Origin: the human T2T-CHM13v2.0 reference genome, Homo sapiens
Reading direction: 5' to 3' (one strand)
Length of the DNA: 64,000 bases
Assembly: GCF_009914755.1 (NCBI RefSeq)
Contig: NC_060933.1
Both the position numbers and the translations under genes were made by a program. Positions within the stretch are counted from its first letter, which is position 1. Each line of letters opens with the position of its first letter. Under the pieces are notes generated by a model, which was given only the letters and a program-made list of their open reading frames with translations, did no database searches and had not been told where the DNA came from. This document shows positions 12,020 to 27,311 of the stretch, one piece after another.

Positions 12020-13100
12020 GCTTCTTCATTGATTCATCTTAATAGTTTTCTGATCATCTGCTGTGAACTAACCATGGTCCTGGGCATTCAATGATGAATA
12101 TGACAAGGTTTCTGCCTGGAGTTGGCTTCTAAAAAGTGGTTGAAAGCCTGACAGAAAATACATATAAATAGTTGAAGATAATACAATATGACAAGTGCTA
12201 TGAGATAGGTACATTTGGATTGTTTTGGAGGGGCTGCTAACAGACTGGGTGGCAAGGAGAGAATGAGAAGGTTTCTTAGAGGAGGTGATGGCTGAGCTCT
12301 GGAGACAGATTTGTATAGATGAAACATTGCAGGAAGTGTATCTCAGGGCAGCTTATTTGAAGGCCTTGGGGGAGGACTCATTGTGTTAGGGTGCTGGTGG
12401 TAGTCTAAAGGTGTATTATAGTATGTGGTGAAGGGTAGGGTACAGAAAAAATGGCTCTGGCAAAATATGAAAGGGACCAGATCACCAGGGGCTGCTTGTA
12501 ATAAGGAAGACTCTAGGGTGGTTTTGTTTTGTTTTGTTTTGTTTTGTTTGTTGAGACGAAGTCTCACTCTGTTGCCCAGGCTGGAGTGCAATAGCACGAT
12601 CTCGGCTCACTGCAACCTCCACTTCCTGGGTTCGAACGATTCTCTGGCCTCAGCCTCCTGAGTAGCTGGGATTACAGGTGCGCGTCATCATGCCCAGCTA
12701 ATTTTTGTATTTTTAGTAGAAATGGGGTTTTACCGTGTTGGTCAGGCTGGTCTCGAACTCCTGACCTCAGATGACCTGCCCGCCTCAGCCTCCCAAAGTG
12801 CTGGGATTACAGGCGTGAGCCACTGTGCCCGCCCTGACTCTGGGTTTTAACCTGAGAGTAGTGACAAGCCAGGAAAGTCTCCCAGTCATGGAAACACCAT
12901 AACCAGATATGCATTTAAAAATCAGTCTGGCTGCAGACTGGAGAAGAAAGGGAAGGGAGGCAAGACCTGAGTCAGGGAACCAGTTTTGGAGACAGTTTCT
13001 TTCATCTGAAATCGTTATCAGGGTGGTCAGAACAAGGTGTTAGAATTGAGGAGAGAGAAGCAGGGGGCCTTAGTTTTGAGGATTTAGAATCAATTGGCCT
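12020..13100. mobile_element. L2 LINE fragments interrupted by an Alu
   Basis: Purine-rich L2-like blocks such as GGTTTCTTAGAGGAGGTGATGGCTGAGCT and AATCAGTCTGGCTGCAG. Confidence 0.6.
12521..12834 (-). mobile_element. Alu SINE (AluSx/Sq-type) with (GTTTT)n tail
   Basis: Reverse Alu body; TSD GACTCTAGGGT / GACTCTGGGTT. Confidence 0.95.
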
Positions 13101-13115
13101 TTAAGTGGCAGTGAG

Positions 13116-13413
13116 TTTATTTTTATTTTTTTGAGGCAGAGAGTTACTCTATCATCCAGACTGGAGTGCAGTGGCATGATGTTACCTCACTGCAGCCTCG
13201 GCCTTCTGGGCTCAAGTGATTCTTCCATCTCAGCCTCCTAAGTAGCTGGGACTACAGGCACACACCACCATGCCCCACTAATTTTTCTGTGTTTGTAGAG
13301 ACAGGGATTCACCATGTTGCCCAGGCTGGTATCAAACTCCTAAGTTCAAGCGAATTACCCACCTTGCCCTCCCAAAGTGCTGAGATTACAGACATGAGCC
13401 ACCGTGACTGGCT
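13116..13413 (-). mobile_element. AluJ-type SINE
   Basis: CACTGCAGCCTCG...CTGGGCTCAAGTGAT (J-type diagnostics); TSD-like CAGTGAG on both sides. Confidence 0.9.
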
Positions 13414-13789
13414 GACAGTGAGGTTTTGAAGTGTGGAATAGAAGGAGGTGTTAGAGGCTTGGGCAACCGGGAGATGAGAGTGCTGATCCCAGAGATGGAA
13501 GAAAGGGCAGGCTGGGACTCTGCTGAGAAGTGAAGAAGGCAAGATGTCATCACATTGCTTCAGAACTGCCTCATGGTAAGTTGCTATGGTAAGTTCCATG
13601 CTAATTCCTCATGGAATTGAGGTAACTACCTCAATTCAATATGTCCAACAACATTTTGGGGACCATTTAATGTGGACCAGATGCTGGTGATTTGAAAATG
13701 ATATTAGGGCTTTTCCCTGCATGATGGGAGCTCATGGTCTTCTGAGGGAGAAGGACACACACATAACATATGGTGTGGTATAGGCACTT

Positions 13790-14562
<773 letters not shown>

Positions 14563-16139
14563 GGGAGGCACAGATTCTAAGAGCACTTCTCTCTCTTGCT
14601 ATGTACAAGGTGCTGAGGGACCATGGAGCAGGGAATGACTGATTTAAGATGTGATTTCTAGCTGCACATCCAGACTTACTTGTATGGGATTTGTGACATT
14701 TTCTTCATGATAGTAGAAGTACTCTGGTGTGTTCCTTATTTCTTACCATATAAGGTTTAATTTTTCTTAGCAAAGCACTCAAGTTTCTTCAGATCCTAAC
14801 ACAGACTAAAAATTTCAGCTTCATCTCCCACCGTCTCTACATACACACCCAGCCATATCACTACCTATCGGCTTGCATTAATTGTGCACTCCAAGTGAGG
14901 AGGGGTAAACTCATCCTGAGCAAAGAAAGTTTCTCCCCAAAACTAATTGTGGGTGTCTTGAACCGTATTTCCACTTACCTTATGGGACATTTCTAGATTC
15001 TGTAGTCACATAGTGGGGTTTATGGCTACAATCAGTGAAAGGGACCTTGATCTCTCCAACTCTGTAATCTTTGTATGTGTCTGAGACCTTAGGAAATGAA
15101 GGTTGATAGAAGAAAGAACTTCATGTGTAACTAGCTAAGCTGTTAAATGGAAGAAACCAGACACCTCCTAGCAATGGTCACTCGTTGGTTTTAGAAAATC
15201 AATGTATAATTCTGAGAAACCTATACTACACAAGATACTTAACAAAGAAAATGAGTGTTCCAATGACCATCTGTGTATATACTAAATGAGGAGAGCTAGA
15301 CATTGGAAGGGCAGTTCTCTAATGTATGGTGTCAGTGGGTCCGGGGATTGAGGTGTAGAGGGTGGTGGTGCAGTGGCCATAAATGAGCATTGTGCTTGCT
15401 TCAGAGTCTCTCTTAGAAGCTGGTGTCTTCATTCCCTTGGGGCTAATCATCTCTGGGAAACTGAGGCAGCATATTGCATTTGGTTGTTATTCCCCTGAGC
15501 TTTGTCCTTCAGACCTTGCTGGACATTTGCTGGCCTTAAGCTTGATGCTTTCTTGTAAGCTCTTCTGGCTTGCTGTCAACCTGTCCAGCTCTGTGAATCC
15601 ATTTTGGGTCTCTCTCTCTTCCCGTCTCTGTCCTTGGCCATAGGTTCTTCCTGAAGTCTTTTCTTCGTTTGTTCCACTCTGAAAAGACATCCTGGTTTCT
15701 CTCTAACTCTGGCTCTTCTTGCAGGTCACCTATCCTTCTCCCACCTTACTCCTCAGAACTCTTTTAGCCAACATCATATGTGTCTTGTTTTATTTTTTTT
15801 CTTCCCACTGTCACTATTGGCTTCTGTATAGCAGAGATCCATATTCTTCTCAAGGACTCACATGACATATTTTTGTATTAATGACAACTATCTTCTTGCC
15901 TAGATGGGCTCCTTATCTTCCCCTATGGATTTTATGGTACAAAGAACACTAACCTTTTTGTTCAGCATATATTGTTTTCCTGGCGGGCATGTTTTATTTT
16001 CAGCCTTTTCAGGGTGGTTGTGGGAATAGCCTTTGTAATGCCTTCCCTGCCTGTCATTGAGGTGCAGAGCACTGCCTGGGGTTGAGGAGAGCTCTGGCAC
16101 TCCCTGCTTCATCTGCCTGAGCCTTTACAATGTACAACA

Positions 16140-16685
16140 TGCCATTGATTTCCCCAAGGTCTCCCAGACTCATACTCACCTCTCCATCCTATGCCCTGCT
16201 AGGGAAGAGTCTCAGAGTCTACTTTTCCCAGCTCCCTTTCCAGCTGGCTTTCTTTTGGCATCTACCATTAGGAGGCACTGGTAAGGGATCAACAGATGGG
16301 AAGAAGAAAGAAGCTTGTGGCTTTGGGCTCACTCAGTGTGGTGATTGCTGGGGTGTAATTATGAATTCCAGGCAGAACAGCACTGTCTTAGTGCTCACAT
16401 GCTTAGCTGAGGAGATGCCTCTTCTCTAAATCTAAAATTGACTGCAGTTGGTGCCTCCAACTCTTTAGCACCAATTCAGTTCATGGGTTTCATTCAGCTA
16501 AGAGCCATTATCAGCATCTGGGTCTTACCACTCTTATTATTATTATTATTTTCAAATTTAGCCCCCTCTCCCCTCTGCTCTTGCAGCCTTTCAGCATATT
16601 TTGTCAATTCCCTGAGTTAAGTTCCCTCTGTTTGAAATTCCCAGAATGGTTTCAATTTTTTTGACTGAATATACCGAAATACAAC
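16140..16685 (+). mobile_element. LTR33-like ERVL LTR
   Basis: TTTTCCCAGCTCCCTTTCCAGCTGGCTTTC...GGAGGCACTGG and 3' end ATTCCCT...TTCCCTCTGTTTGAAATTCCCAGAATGGTTTC. Confidence 0.7.
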
Positions 16686-16929
16686 ATGTTGAGTTAAAAG
16701 CAACAATAGTGCAGCTTTTCTTTCTTTTGTTTATGGCAGATTTTGTTATCAACTGAAAGAAACTTTTATTATAACCCTTTTGTCAAAGTCCATACCATGG
16801 AACAACTTTATAGGTGACATAAAAATATGATTAGCACCACCTTGGGGGTCAGAAAACAAAATACCTTGGATGGAGGTCAAGGGCAAATCATTTTATAATA
16901 AACATCTGAGAGGTTAGAGGAGAAACACT

Positions 16930-17600
16930 GGTACAGGAGAAATAGCACTATGCTTAAAAACAAAATTCCTGAATTCAAGACTGCCTTTTTAATTTACTAT
17001 CCATATAATGATGGGCAAATCTTGTATTCTCTTTGAGACTCCATTTCTTCACTTGCAAAATCAATGACATCAACCTCCTAAGGTCATAATAAAAGTCAAA
17101 TGAGAACTGTGTGTGGAAATATTATGCAAAATTTATATTGCTATAAAGATATTGTTATTGGGACTATTAAAGAAGGCTAGGTTCCTGCCCTGAGGTTGAT
17201 GCCAATTTAGTTGATGATTTTATAACGAGCTATACAGTTATAGGTATTTAAATGTTTGAGAGCTCAATGTATAAATGACTCTTCACCAAGATTAAGGCAG
17301 CACGTAATTTTTATTACCAGTCTCACTTGGGTAAGTTGTCTGGAAACAACTTGTCATTTTGGGGCCTCAGTTTCTTTATCTGAAACTTGGGACCAGAATG
17401 CTGACCTGCCTCCTGAATGTGTTGTACGCGTTAATTAACTGCGTATGATTGAATAGCATTCTCAAGGCGAGCATGTAAATGCCAAGTGTTCTCACTGATA
17501 ATAAAGCAGATACTTCCTTGATGGAGTTGTCAGGAGGATTAATAATTTAATTGCGGCAGAGTGCTCTGATATTCTTAGATGAAAAGTGCCATATAACTTT
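16930..17600 (+). mobile_element. Cluster of MIR fragments
   Basis: GGGCAAATC...CTCTTTGAGACTCCATTTC, GGGCCTCAGTTTCTTTATCTG, GAGTTGTCAGGAGGATTAA cores. Confidence 0.65.
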
Positions 17601-18027
17601 GAAGAGGAATATTATTAAATAGCTTCTGCCTTGTTTCCTGAAAGAGCAACTCCAAATAAGGCAATGCTGATCTGCACATACCTATCTAAATGTTTCCAAC
17701 TCCATTTAGAAGAGCAGAAATTTAGACAGCAGGAATTTAGAAATTTGATTCAGAAGGAGGCCTGTAACAGAATAATAAGGAATTTCTGATTTTTCTTCTG
17801 TAGTTGGCTCATGGCTTCATTTCAAGATAATTTCTCCAATGTTGTCAACAAAGAACATAACTGGGAATTAACCCAGTGCAAACACTTTTCTACTGATGAG
17901 GACAAAATCTAGTCTTTATAATTTTGCAAATCTAACTATCTATGTGCCTGTGATTTCCCATATTTCAACCACATTGGCTTCCTTTCTTTTCCTTCTACTC
18001 TTCAAACTCTTTTATTTTTCTTAATGA

Positions 18028-18565
<538 letters not shown>

Positions 18566-18984
18566 TAAAACCTAAATGTGTGGTGATGTGGATTTTGTCT
18601 TTCTTGTACTCTGCCTTTTGGCTGTGCCTAGTGCATAGTGGTTGTTCAGTGTTTGTTGAATGTATAAATTATTTATGCTATTTTTATCTTGATCAAAATT
18701 GTCCATCTGGTCATTAAATTAGGCTAACTTTGACTTATCTATAACAGAGTCTTGGGGTGAAAAACTGAAACTTCATTTTGGCAAATTTCTATAAAATTGT
18801 GAACATCTAAAATATATAAGAATAGAAGATAGAGTATCCTATAATATGATTCTTAAAATTCCTGTGTTCAACCTAAAGGGTTATGATGTTGAATTTCCTT
18901 TTCTCTGCACCTGATTCTGTGATTATATTCTCTAGGACTTCTGATTCTTGAGAAATACAAAAATTAAGATATATTAATGTCCTA

Positions 18985-19165
18985 AAGCAGGTGTTAGTCT
19001 GCAAACTAAGCCAGCTGCCTGTTTTTGTGAATAAAGTTTTATTAGAACACAGCTTGTTCATTTATTTTCCACAGCTATTTGGAGTAACAATAGCAGAATT
19101 GAGCTAGCAAAGCCAGAAATATTTACTATCTGGCCCTTCAGAGAAAAGTTTGTTCACCTCTGTTT
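18985..19165 (+). mobile_element. MER58A (hAT-Charlie MITE), partial
   Basis: GCCTGTTTTTGTGAATAAAGTTTTATTAGAACACAGC...AAATATTTACTATCTGGCCCTTCAGAGAAAAGTTTG. Confidence 0.85.
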
Positions 19166-22114
19166 TAGAGCCTTGTTTTCCAACTCTTTGAGAACTAGAA
19201 AAAGTTACAAGAAGTTTCAAGTAAGTAAATTTGATATGAGGAATTGTTAGTGACATGTTCTATTCAGGATTTTATGCCATGATTTTCTATTCTTTTAAGA
19301 ACAAAAAGGTAAATAAACATAAATATAGGTATTTCTACACTCCAGGCTAGCAAGCAGCAAAACTCTTTAAAGTATCCTCAATATGAAGTTGGAAAGTTTC
19401 ACTCCAAAATGAGCTTTGTTTGAGTAACAAAAATACCATAATTGTTTGTGCCCTTAAAACTTTTATTTATAGGAGGGAGTTTATTTTATCAGCATGCAGA
19501 TTGGAATTTGGTTTCAGGTTACAGAATTTGAAGGATTGGGGGAAGTTGGCTGACTTTTAACACCAAAACAATTTTTTAATTATAGCAAAAATAAGTATTG
19601 TGTTTACTGTATAAGCTATGAATTGGGCCAGGTGCCTACATGAACTATATCTTATTACAGCAACCTCCAAAGCAGGAATTATTATCTCAATTTTACAGAT
19701 AAATCCCCTTGTGCTCAGCAGACTTCAAATAACTTGCTCGGGGTCCCATAGGAGATAAGAGGTGGCCCACAATTAGAATCCATTTCTATTTGCTCTTCCC
19801 TAGAACAACAGGAGTTAGAGAAACAGGAGTTATACTTTGAATACAGTAAAGGCAGTGTTTCCCTGAAAAGACAATGTTAATTCTCACATCCTTCCCTTGT
19901 GAGTGACCCCTAAACTAGGGGCTTCCAGCAATGTGCAGTGGCCAGTAGCCCACTAAACTGTTTTGACTTAAACTGAGAAAAGCAAACCACTTTTCCCACA
20001 ATGACTCCCAAATTTTTATTTGGAGTAAGGTAGTGCTTTGAAAGAAGAGGGAAAGAACGAGAATGGAGAAGTGCTCACTCTAGCTCTTACCTGTTAGCTT
20101 GAAATGCCTTTAGCAAAGTCGGCTACCTGCAAGTTTTTAAGGTGAAACACTTTCCTTTGCATTTTCTTTGCAAAGGCATCTTTTGAGAACAGTCTGCTTT
20201 CAAGCACTCCATGACTTTGGTCAAAGAGCCGAGAACCTGGTATGAAAGATTTCAGTGCTGTCAGAAGCTTCAGCCAATGAGAGGGTTCCTGTCATTCACG
20301 CCGGGGTGTGCTCACTATTTCTTGTGTTCCTTGCTCTCACCCTGACAGCTTGTAAGTCTCAGGAGACTAGGGGATTTTTCTTTATCTTTTTATTTCCTCT
20401 CCAGAGTGTGTATATTTATGGGCGACTGCTGAGTGGGAGGGGCAGGGAGAAGGTTGGGGAGAATAGAAAAAAGAACAAGGGTTGAACAATTTTTTGTGCC
20501 TTTTTTGTTACTCTTTATGAAATCTTAAATAAAAATATTGGCAATTTGTTCAGCCTTTTCCCCTTTTGTTAATATTTAAAAGCATTCAATTAAGATTTTC
20601 TAATGTGTCCAATGAGTTAAACTGTCCTATGATATTAGAAAAATATTACACATATAAATAAAATACGTCAAAGCATTAAAAAGCTATTACACACACTGAA
20701 CATAAAATGGCAGAATAATGATGGATCCCGCCATGCAGGAAACATATTCAAAAATATTATCTTCCCGGTAATGAAATGCCATCCGTTTCATTTTAAGCTA
20801 AATACGTTAGACATATCAGTGGAGTCTGTGCTGACACAGCAGTGAGTTGAAATTGAAAATCTGAAATTATATATATGATTGGACACAGTGTTAAAGTAAT
20901 TTATAGGAAAAACCACGAATGTGCTGGGTCTGCACCTTCTGGTGAACTCATTTTATAGAATCAGATAGAGGAAAACTCTACCATTTCTAATGTGCAGTTA
21001 GAATGGCAGCCTGCCAGGGCCCCAATATATTCAGTATGAAAAGAGAGAAGGACAAACAGAGACCAGGAGGTAGGGGATGGCAGCTGGGGAAGGGGAGCAG
21101 TAAGGCAAGTGAGGGGGTGGGGTTCCAGGGGTGAGGGATGGAGACAGAAGAAGCTGGGCCAGAGAGGCTTGCTTCAAATTACAGCAATTCTGCATAAGCC
21201 ATCAAGAAAATGGCATTCGTTTTCATTGCTGTGACCTAATGGGATACAGCCGCTGTAGGAACTGTATTAGCTATCAAGACAAGAGAGAGATAAACCCACA
21301 GCCTGTGCAGGGGCAGGTTCCCAGGAGACCGTGGCAGGGCGCCCTGTGATATCACTGGCTATGGTGCCAGTCAAGCTCTGGTGGATACCATCTGACCGCA
21401 AAAGTTCAAGTGGGCCCATGGAGTCTGACAGGAAAGGAGGCTATGGGTCTCACTCGCAGACCCACTGCAGTCACTTGTCTGTCTGGATGTCTGAGTATCT
21501 CTCTGCCCTACTTTTTTCTTTATCTTTTTCAAAGTTGTGCATGCTTGGCCGCAAAGTGCGGTGGGAAGTTGGGTAAGCCGGGGATGAGGAGAGAAACAAG
21601 GTTGCGCTTTTGTGTGGAGATGTGTGAAGATGTGTGAAAAATTGGTACCCTGATGTGCTTTTCGTCTTTCATTTATATCCGTAATCCTGCTTGAAATGTG
21701 GATTATTTATTCACACTGGGCTGGTCTCCTCCTGGAACGCCAGGGAGCCGCTGCCATGAATTTTCATTTGGTGGCTGCACCAGCTGAGGCAGAGGTGGTC
21801 TTGTTTCTCCAGGAGTATTCTTTCTAACCTTCTCTGATGTTTTAAACAGAGGAAAGTTGAACATGAAAGAAAGGAGGATGTTTTTCATCTTATAGTGGAC
21901 AACTGACTCTAAGGAGGGAAGCGTGGTGCAAAGAGAGACTGCTGATCCCTCAAATGTGGTTGAGATAAATTATCACCATGCCTTCTGGCTATCTAATTCC
22001 TCCTTCTCACCCAACAGCCTGGGGATTTTAGAAGAGTAAAAATAACAACATTTAAAACGTGTGTGGCATTTTTCCTTCTAAGCACTCAGAATGTTTCCTA
22101 TGTATTTTAACAAC

Positions 22115-22330
22115 AGTAGTTGCCACCTATTGAAGATTGACTCCATGGCAGACACTGGCTTTGCATGCATGATCTGACAGCATCCTGACCTAGGTGCTGT
22201 TATGCTTCCCATTTTGTGGATGAGGAAACTGAGGTTTACAGAAGTCAAATGACCTTCTTCAAGGCTATAAAGACGATGAGTACCCCAGATAGTAACTAAA
22301 TCCCTCAAAGTCATGGTGAGGCAAGAATAT
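22115..22330 (-). mobile_element. MIR SINE
   Basis: CCCATTTTGTGGATGAGGAAACTGAGGTTTACAGAAGTCAAATGAC. Confidence 0.85.
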
Positions 22331-22409
22331 TCTGCCCCATTTAACAGCAATCTTTGTGAATGAATGGAGAGTTAAAGGACTTGCCGTAGTTCTTATCTTA
22401 AGTGGCAAA

Positions 22410-22665
22410 GCAGCCTTCTCTGAACCCTCCAACTAGCTCAACTGGCTCTTGTCTTATCTCATGCCTTTCTTCATAGCACTTACTAGGGGTCGTTATTTCT
22501 ATGTGTTCTTATTATTGTCTACACTAGGCATTAAGTTCATGAATGTAGTAACTGCCTGTTTTGCTCACTACTGTATCTAGGGCTTTGGACAGCGCTTGCC
22601 ATTTAGTAGACATTCAGTGATTGTTGGTTGGTTGCATATGTAAATGAATGGATGGATAGATGCAT
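22410..22665 (+). mobile_element. L2 3' end
   Basis: TTTTGCTCACTACTGTATCT...TAGTAGACATTCAGT...TGAATGGATGGA tail. Confidence 0.75.
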
Positions 22666-24099
22666 GTTCATTGATAATCTATAACAGATCTGAGGCTGGA
22701 AACTTTCAGGTCATCCCCTAGAAGACCTGCCATTTTTCAGTTGTGCCCATTCTTATGGTGGTCCTCTCTAGAAAAGAAATTAATATTGATAAAAATCATA
22801 AAATTTTGAAACTGCAAGTTGCCTAATGAGACATCTGGTCTACCATTCTATCCAATGCTGAATAACTCTTAACCTTTAAGGTTCTACTTTGGTGTCCTGA
22901 GATTGGGTTTAAGACATACAGGCTATCACAGGACAACCTGTTCCATTGCTTTAGAGTAGCATTTTGTAAAGGTATTTTGTATAGAGAATCAGGTCTACTC
23001 CTGGAATTATCATCACACTGGTCTTTGCTTCTCTGGAGCTCCACACATCAGGCCTTTTTACACTTATGTAGAATCTTCCGAAGGTGTGAAGACAGCTATC
23101 ATGTTTTATACTTGCTTCTCTTTTGCAGGCTATATATACCCAGTTCTTTCAGGCTTTCTTTTATATGAAAAGATTTTCTGAGCCTCTCATCATCCTGATT
23201 GTCTTGGACAGTCAATGTTCCCTTTAAAATATTCAACACAGTGAAAATATTGAATACCATATTCCTAATGTGATTGGATCTTTTTACGATTATTGCTTTC
23301 TATCCTCTGAACATCCTACTATGATGCAGTCCTATATTATGTGAATTTTCTTAGAGGCCAGACCAGAATGTTGAACCAAATTTAATTTACAGTCAGCTAA
23401 AAACTTATTTATTTAATTCATTCTTTCACACAACAAATATGTCTTAAGCCAATGCTACATACTAGCCACTGGGCAAACACTGATAATAAGATAAATGTGA
23501 TGTGATTCCTGCTGCCTGCTGAAGACCTGCCAATCTATTGGATAAGGCATACAAATCAACAATTATTATATTCTTCGACCATAGGATGCATATTTTAAAG
23601 TATTTAATCACTTTTAAAGTCATTATGTATCTCACAACTGACATGCAGTGTTAATACAGCATTTGATGTTATATCCTATATATAAATCGTTGGTGTTTTA
23701 TAAACATAGTTTTATAACTGAGGGAACATGGCTATTTCAGTATTATAAACCTGTCTAATAGAAGCATGTGTTAGGTGAAGGCATGATACAAAGGAATGAT
23801 GATCTCTGCTTGGGATGGACAGAAAAAAGCTTTACATAAGAGAAAACAAAGGTTTTAGGCTTTGATGGGTGAGATGTGGTTTGCCACCTCCATGGTAAGA
23901 AGCTTAGAGAGTAAGAGGGGAACATGACTGCTAGGGTGGGCAGAGAAGCTGGCTGGTCATTTCCTGTGTAAGCAACAGGGGGAAAACTGGGCCTCATGCT
24001 TAGAGATCCTCATGACAAAGACACCCTCCCCTATGTAGACATAACATGTTGAGTGTCATAAGGAAGCATATGTATTTGCTATAAATGTTTACAAATTCA

Positions 24100-24645
<546 letters not shown>

Positions 24646-25681
24646 TCACTGTGGAATATGTGATGATGATGAACTGGCTGACCCTCTCTTTAATCTTGGT
24701 ATTTGCTTGCTATAAATAGAAACAAATGGGATTATTGATATTCCTTTTTATTAAAAGTTAAAGAACAGTGGGTGGGGGATAGATAAGTAAATTATCATGC
24801 AAAGAATTTTGATTCTAGCTCCAGTAAGTTCTTGTCTTGCACCATTTCTTTGTCAGATGGGTTGAGTGTAGGGTCCTGCTTTTACCATGCTTCGCTTTCC
24901 ATTATTCCCAATTTAAATAGATCTTTCTTCCTGCTGTTGAGTGGGGTTTGTTCAATCTTGTTGTTCCATGGTTGTCCTCCTCTAGTACAGGACTTCTTAC
25001 TGTGGTTAAATTTCATTGTGTTGGCTTTGTCTGAACATTCCATCTTACCAAGATCTCTTTGGATCTTGAATCTTTGATACAGCATAATACTCATTCCTCT
25101 CAATGTTTTGATAGTGAAAATTTTGTAGGTGTGTTTTACATTTTTATCTAAATCATTGGCACCAAGTTTCAAAAAAGAACCAAGGAAAGAACTCTGCAGC
25201 ACTCAACTTTAGATACAGCTGAAGCTTGACACTGAGTTTGAGTGTTTTCATCTACCACAAAGTTCCCACCATGAAGTTGTTCTAAGTGTTTTGCTGACAT
25301 CAAGACATGCTATATTCAGGACAAGTTTCTAAACACTTTCAAACTTCTACCAAGAGGGGAATGGGGTTAACCTGGCTTAGCAATCTGGCTGAAAATTGTT
25401 CTGTGAGATAAAACGTCTGCTCCCAGAAAAACTCTTTGCTCTGATCTAGCTCCTCATGCTGCCTCCCACATCAGTTTCCTTCTGTGCAGTCTCGACAGCC
25501 TTCCTTACCAATTCTCTGTGGCTGAGCTTTGATGAAATGTGCCCACTGGACCCTGTCTGTCCAGAAAGCCATCCAACATTCCAGGAGACCACAGGGGAAG
25601 GTCAGCTGTGGAAAGGCAAAATCCAATTTCCATTTTAGCTCTGCTTTTCCTTACTCAAATCACTAGTTTCAGTTCTCTATA

Positions 25682-26055
25682 TGTTATGGACCTAATTATG
25701 CCCTCTCATTCATATTTTAAAGCCCTAACCCCCAATGTCACTGTGTTTGGCAATAGGGCCTTAAAGGAGGTCATTAAAGTTAAATGAGGTAATAGGGGTG
25801 GGGCCTTAATCCAATATGACTAGTGTCCTTACAAGAGGAGAGAGACACCAGGGATGCTCATACACAGAGGAAAGGCTATGTGAGAACTCAACAAGAAGAC
25901 AGCCATCTACAAGCCGCGAAGAACAGCCTAAGGAGAAACAAAAACCTGCAAACACCTTGATTCGAACTTCCAGCTGCTGGGACTGTGAGAAAATTTGTTA
26001 TTTAAGCCACCCAGTCTGTGGTATTTTGTTACAGCAGTTGAAACAGACTTAGACA
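25682..26055 (+). mobile_element. MLT1B-type MaLR solo LTR
   Basis: TG...CA ends; AAGCCCTAACCCCCAATG, AAATGAGGTAATAGGGGTGGGCCTTAATCCAAT, TTAAGCCACCCAGTCTGTGGTATTTTGTTACAGCAG. Confidence 0.9.
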
Positions 26056-26699
26056 CCGTGTTATCACTTAAGTGCTAAATACCATATTTCTTCGCTCTAT
26101 GAAATTAATCTTCCTTTAAAAATAGCTTTTTGGGGAGAAAAGTCACCATTTGGAGAGTATACACTATTTTTAAGACACATCCTAAGTGAAAGTATATCAA
26201 AATCTGAAAAAGACCACTTTAGATTTGATACATAGTACCTCTGCATTTGTACACACTCGCATGAGTACTTCATGTTTGAGGATAGTTTGATTCTGAGAAA
26301 TGGAGTATTAAGGTACCTCTCATTGTTGTCAACATCTTATATTTACTATGGCATTAATTAGTGTTGATCTCTTCCTAATTAGCAGTCACTAACCAGGCAG
26401 GAAGAACATTAAATGTTGCTGAGTGTCTTGATAGATTTGCGTCTTGTACATCACCTCAGGATGACCACCTCTTTGTACCCTAAGTGACAGTGTCTATGAG
26501 AAAACACATAGGCACAGGAAATAGTATTCATTCTTGGTTTCCAGAAACACATTGTCTTCTGGAGTTAAAGAATCTTTATTGAGGACTGTATCTTTACTTA
26601 CTGCAGACATTCCCTTGGATCTGTTACTACTCTGGAATAATGGACTTTCAGTTCTCTTTCTCTTTTAGACATAACTCACCAAGAGAGTTTTAGGGTTAG

Positions 26700-27311
26700 A
26701 TGATGCAGTTTTCTGTTACTTCCATAACGAATTTTCACAAACCTAGCAGGTTAGAACAATACCTATTATCTCACAGCTCAGCAAACTCAGAGCATGGCCT
26801 GTGTTTTCTGCTTAGAGTTTCACAAGGCAGAACTCAAGGTGTCAGCAAAGCTTTCCTTTCTGAAAGCTCCAGGAATGAGTTCATTTCCAAGCTCATCCAA
26901 GTGGTTGACCAAATGTAGTTTCTGGTAGTTGTAGGACTGAGGTCCCTGTTTCCTTGCTGTCTGCATTCAGAGCTGGCAGAGTTTGCCTGTTTTCTATGTG
27001 GCCCCACTCCAGCAAGTATGATAGAATCTTCTCATACTTGGAATCTCTTTGGCTCCTCTTCTCCATCTTCTTTTGGTGACCTCTTTTGTAATGAGCTAGA
27101 GAACATTCTTGGCTTTTAAGGGCTCACTTGATTAGATTGGGCCCACTGGGGTAATCCAGGATAATTTCCCTACTTTAAGATCTGTTATATGTGCAATGCT
27201 TTTTTAATTTTTTAATTTTTATTTTTTGCTCTGTAAAGTAAAATATTAACAGCTTCCAGGGATTAAGGCATGAACATTGTTTTTTTTGGTGCCATTATTC
27301 TGCCTGCCACA
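26700..27311 (-). mobile_element. MLT1D/E-type MaLR solo LTR
   Basis: CCAAGCTCATCCAAGTGG...GTTGTAGGACTGAGGTCCCTG...GATTAGATTGGGCCCAC...CCATTATTCTGCCTGCCACA. Confidence 0.8.

Noticed and set aside
20930-20947. CTCF-like motif (also at 4411-4428 and 63713-63726)
   Set aside because: Each has two or three mismatches at core positions.
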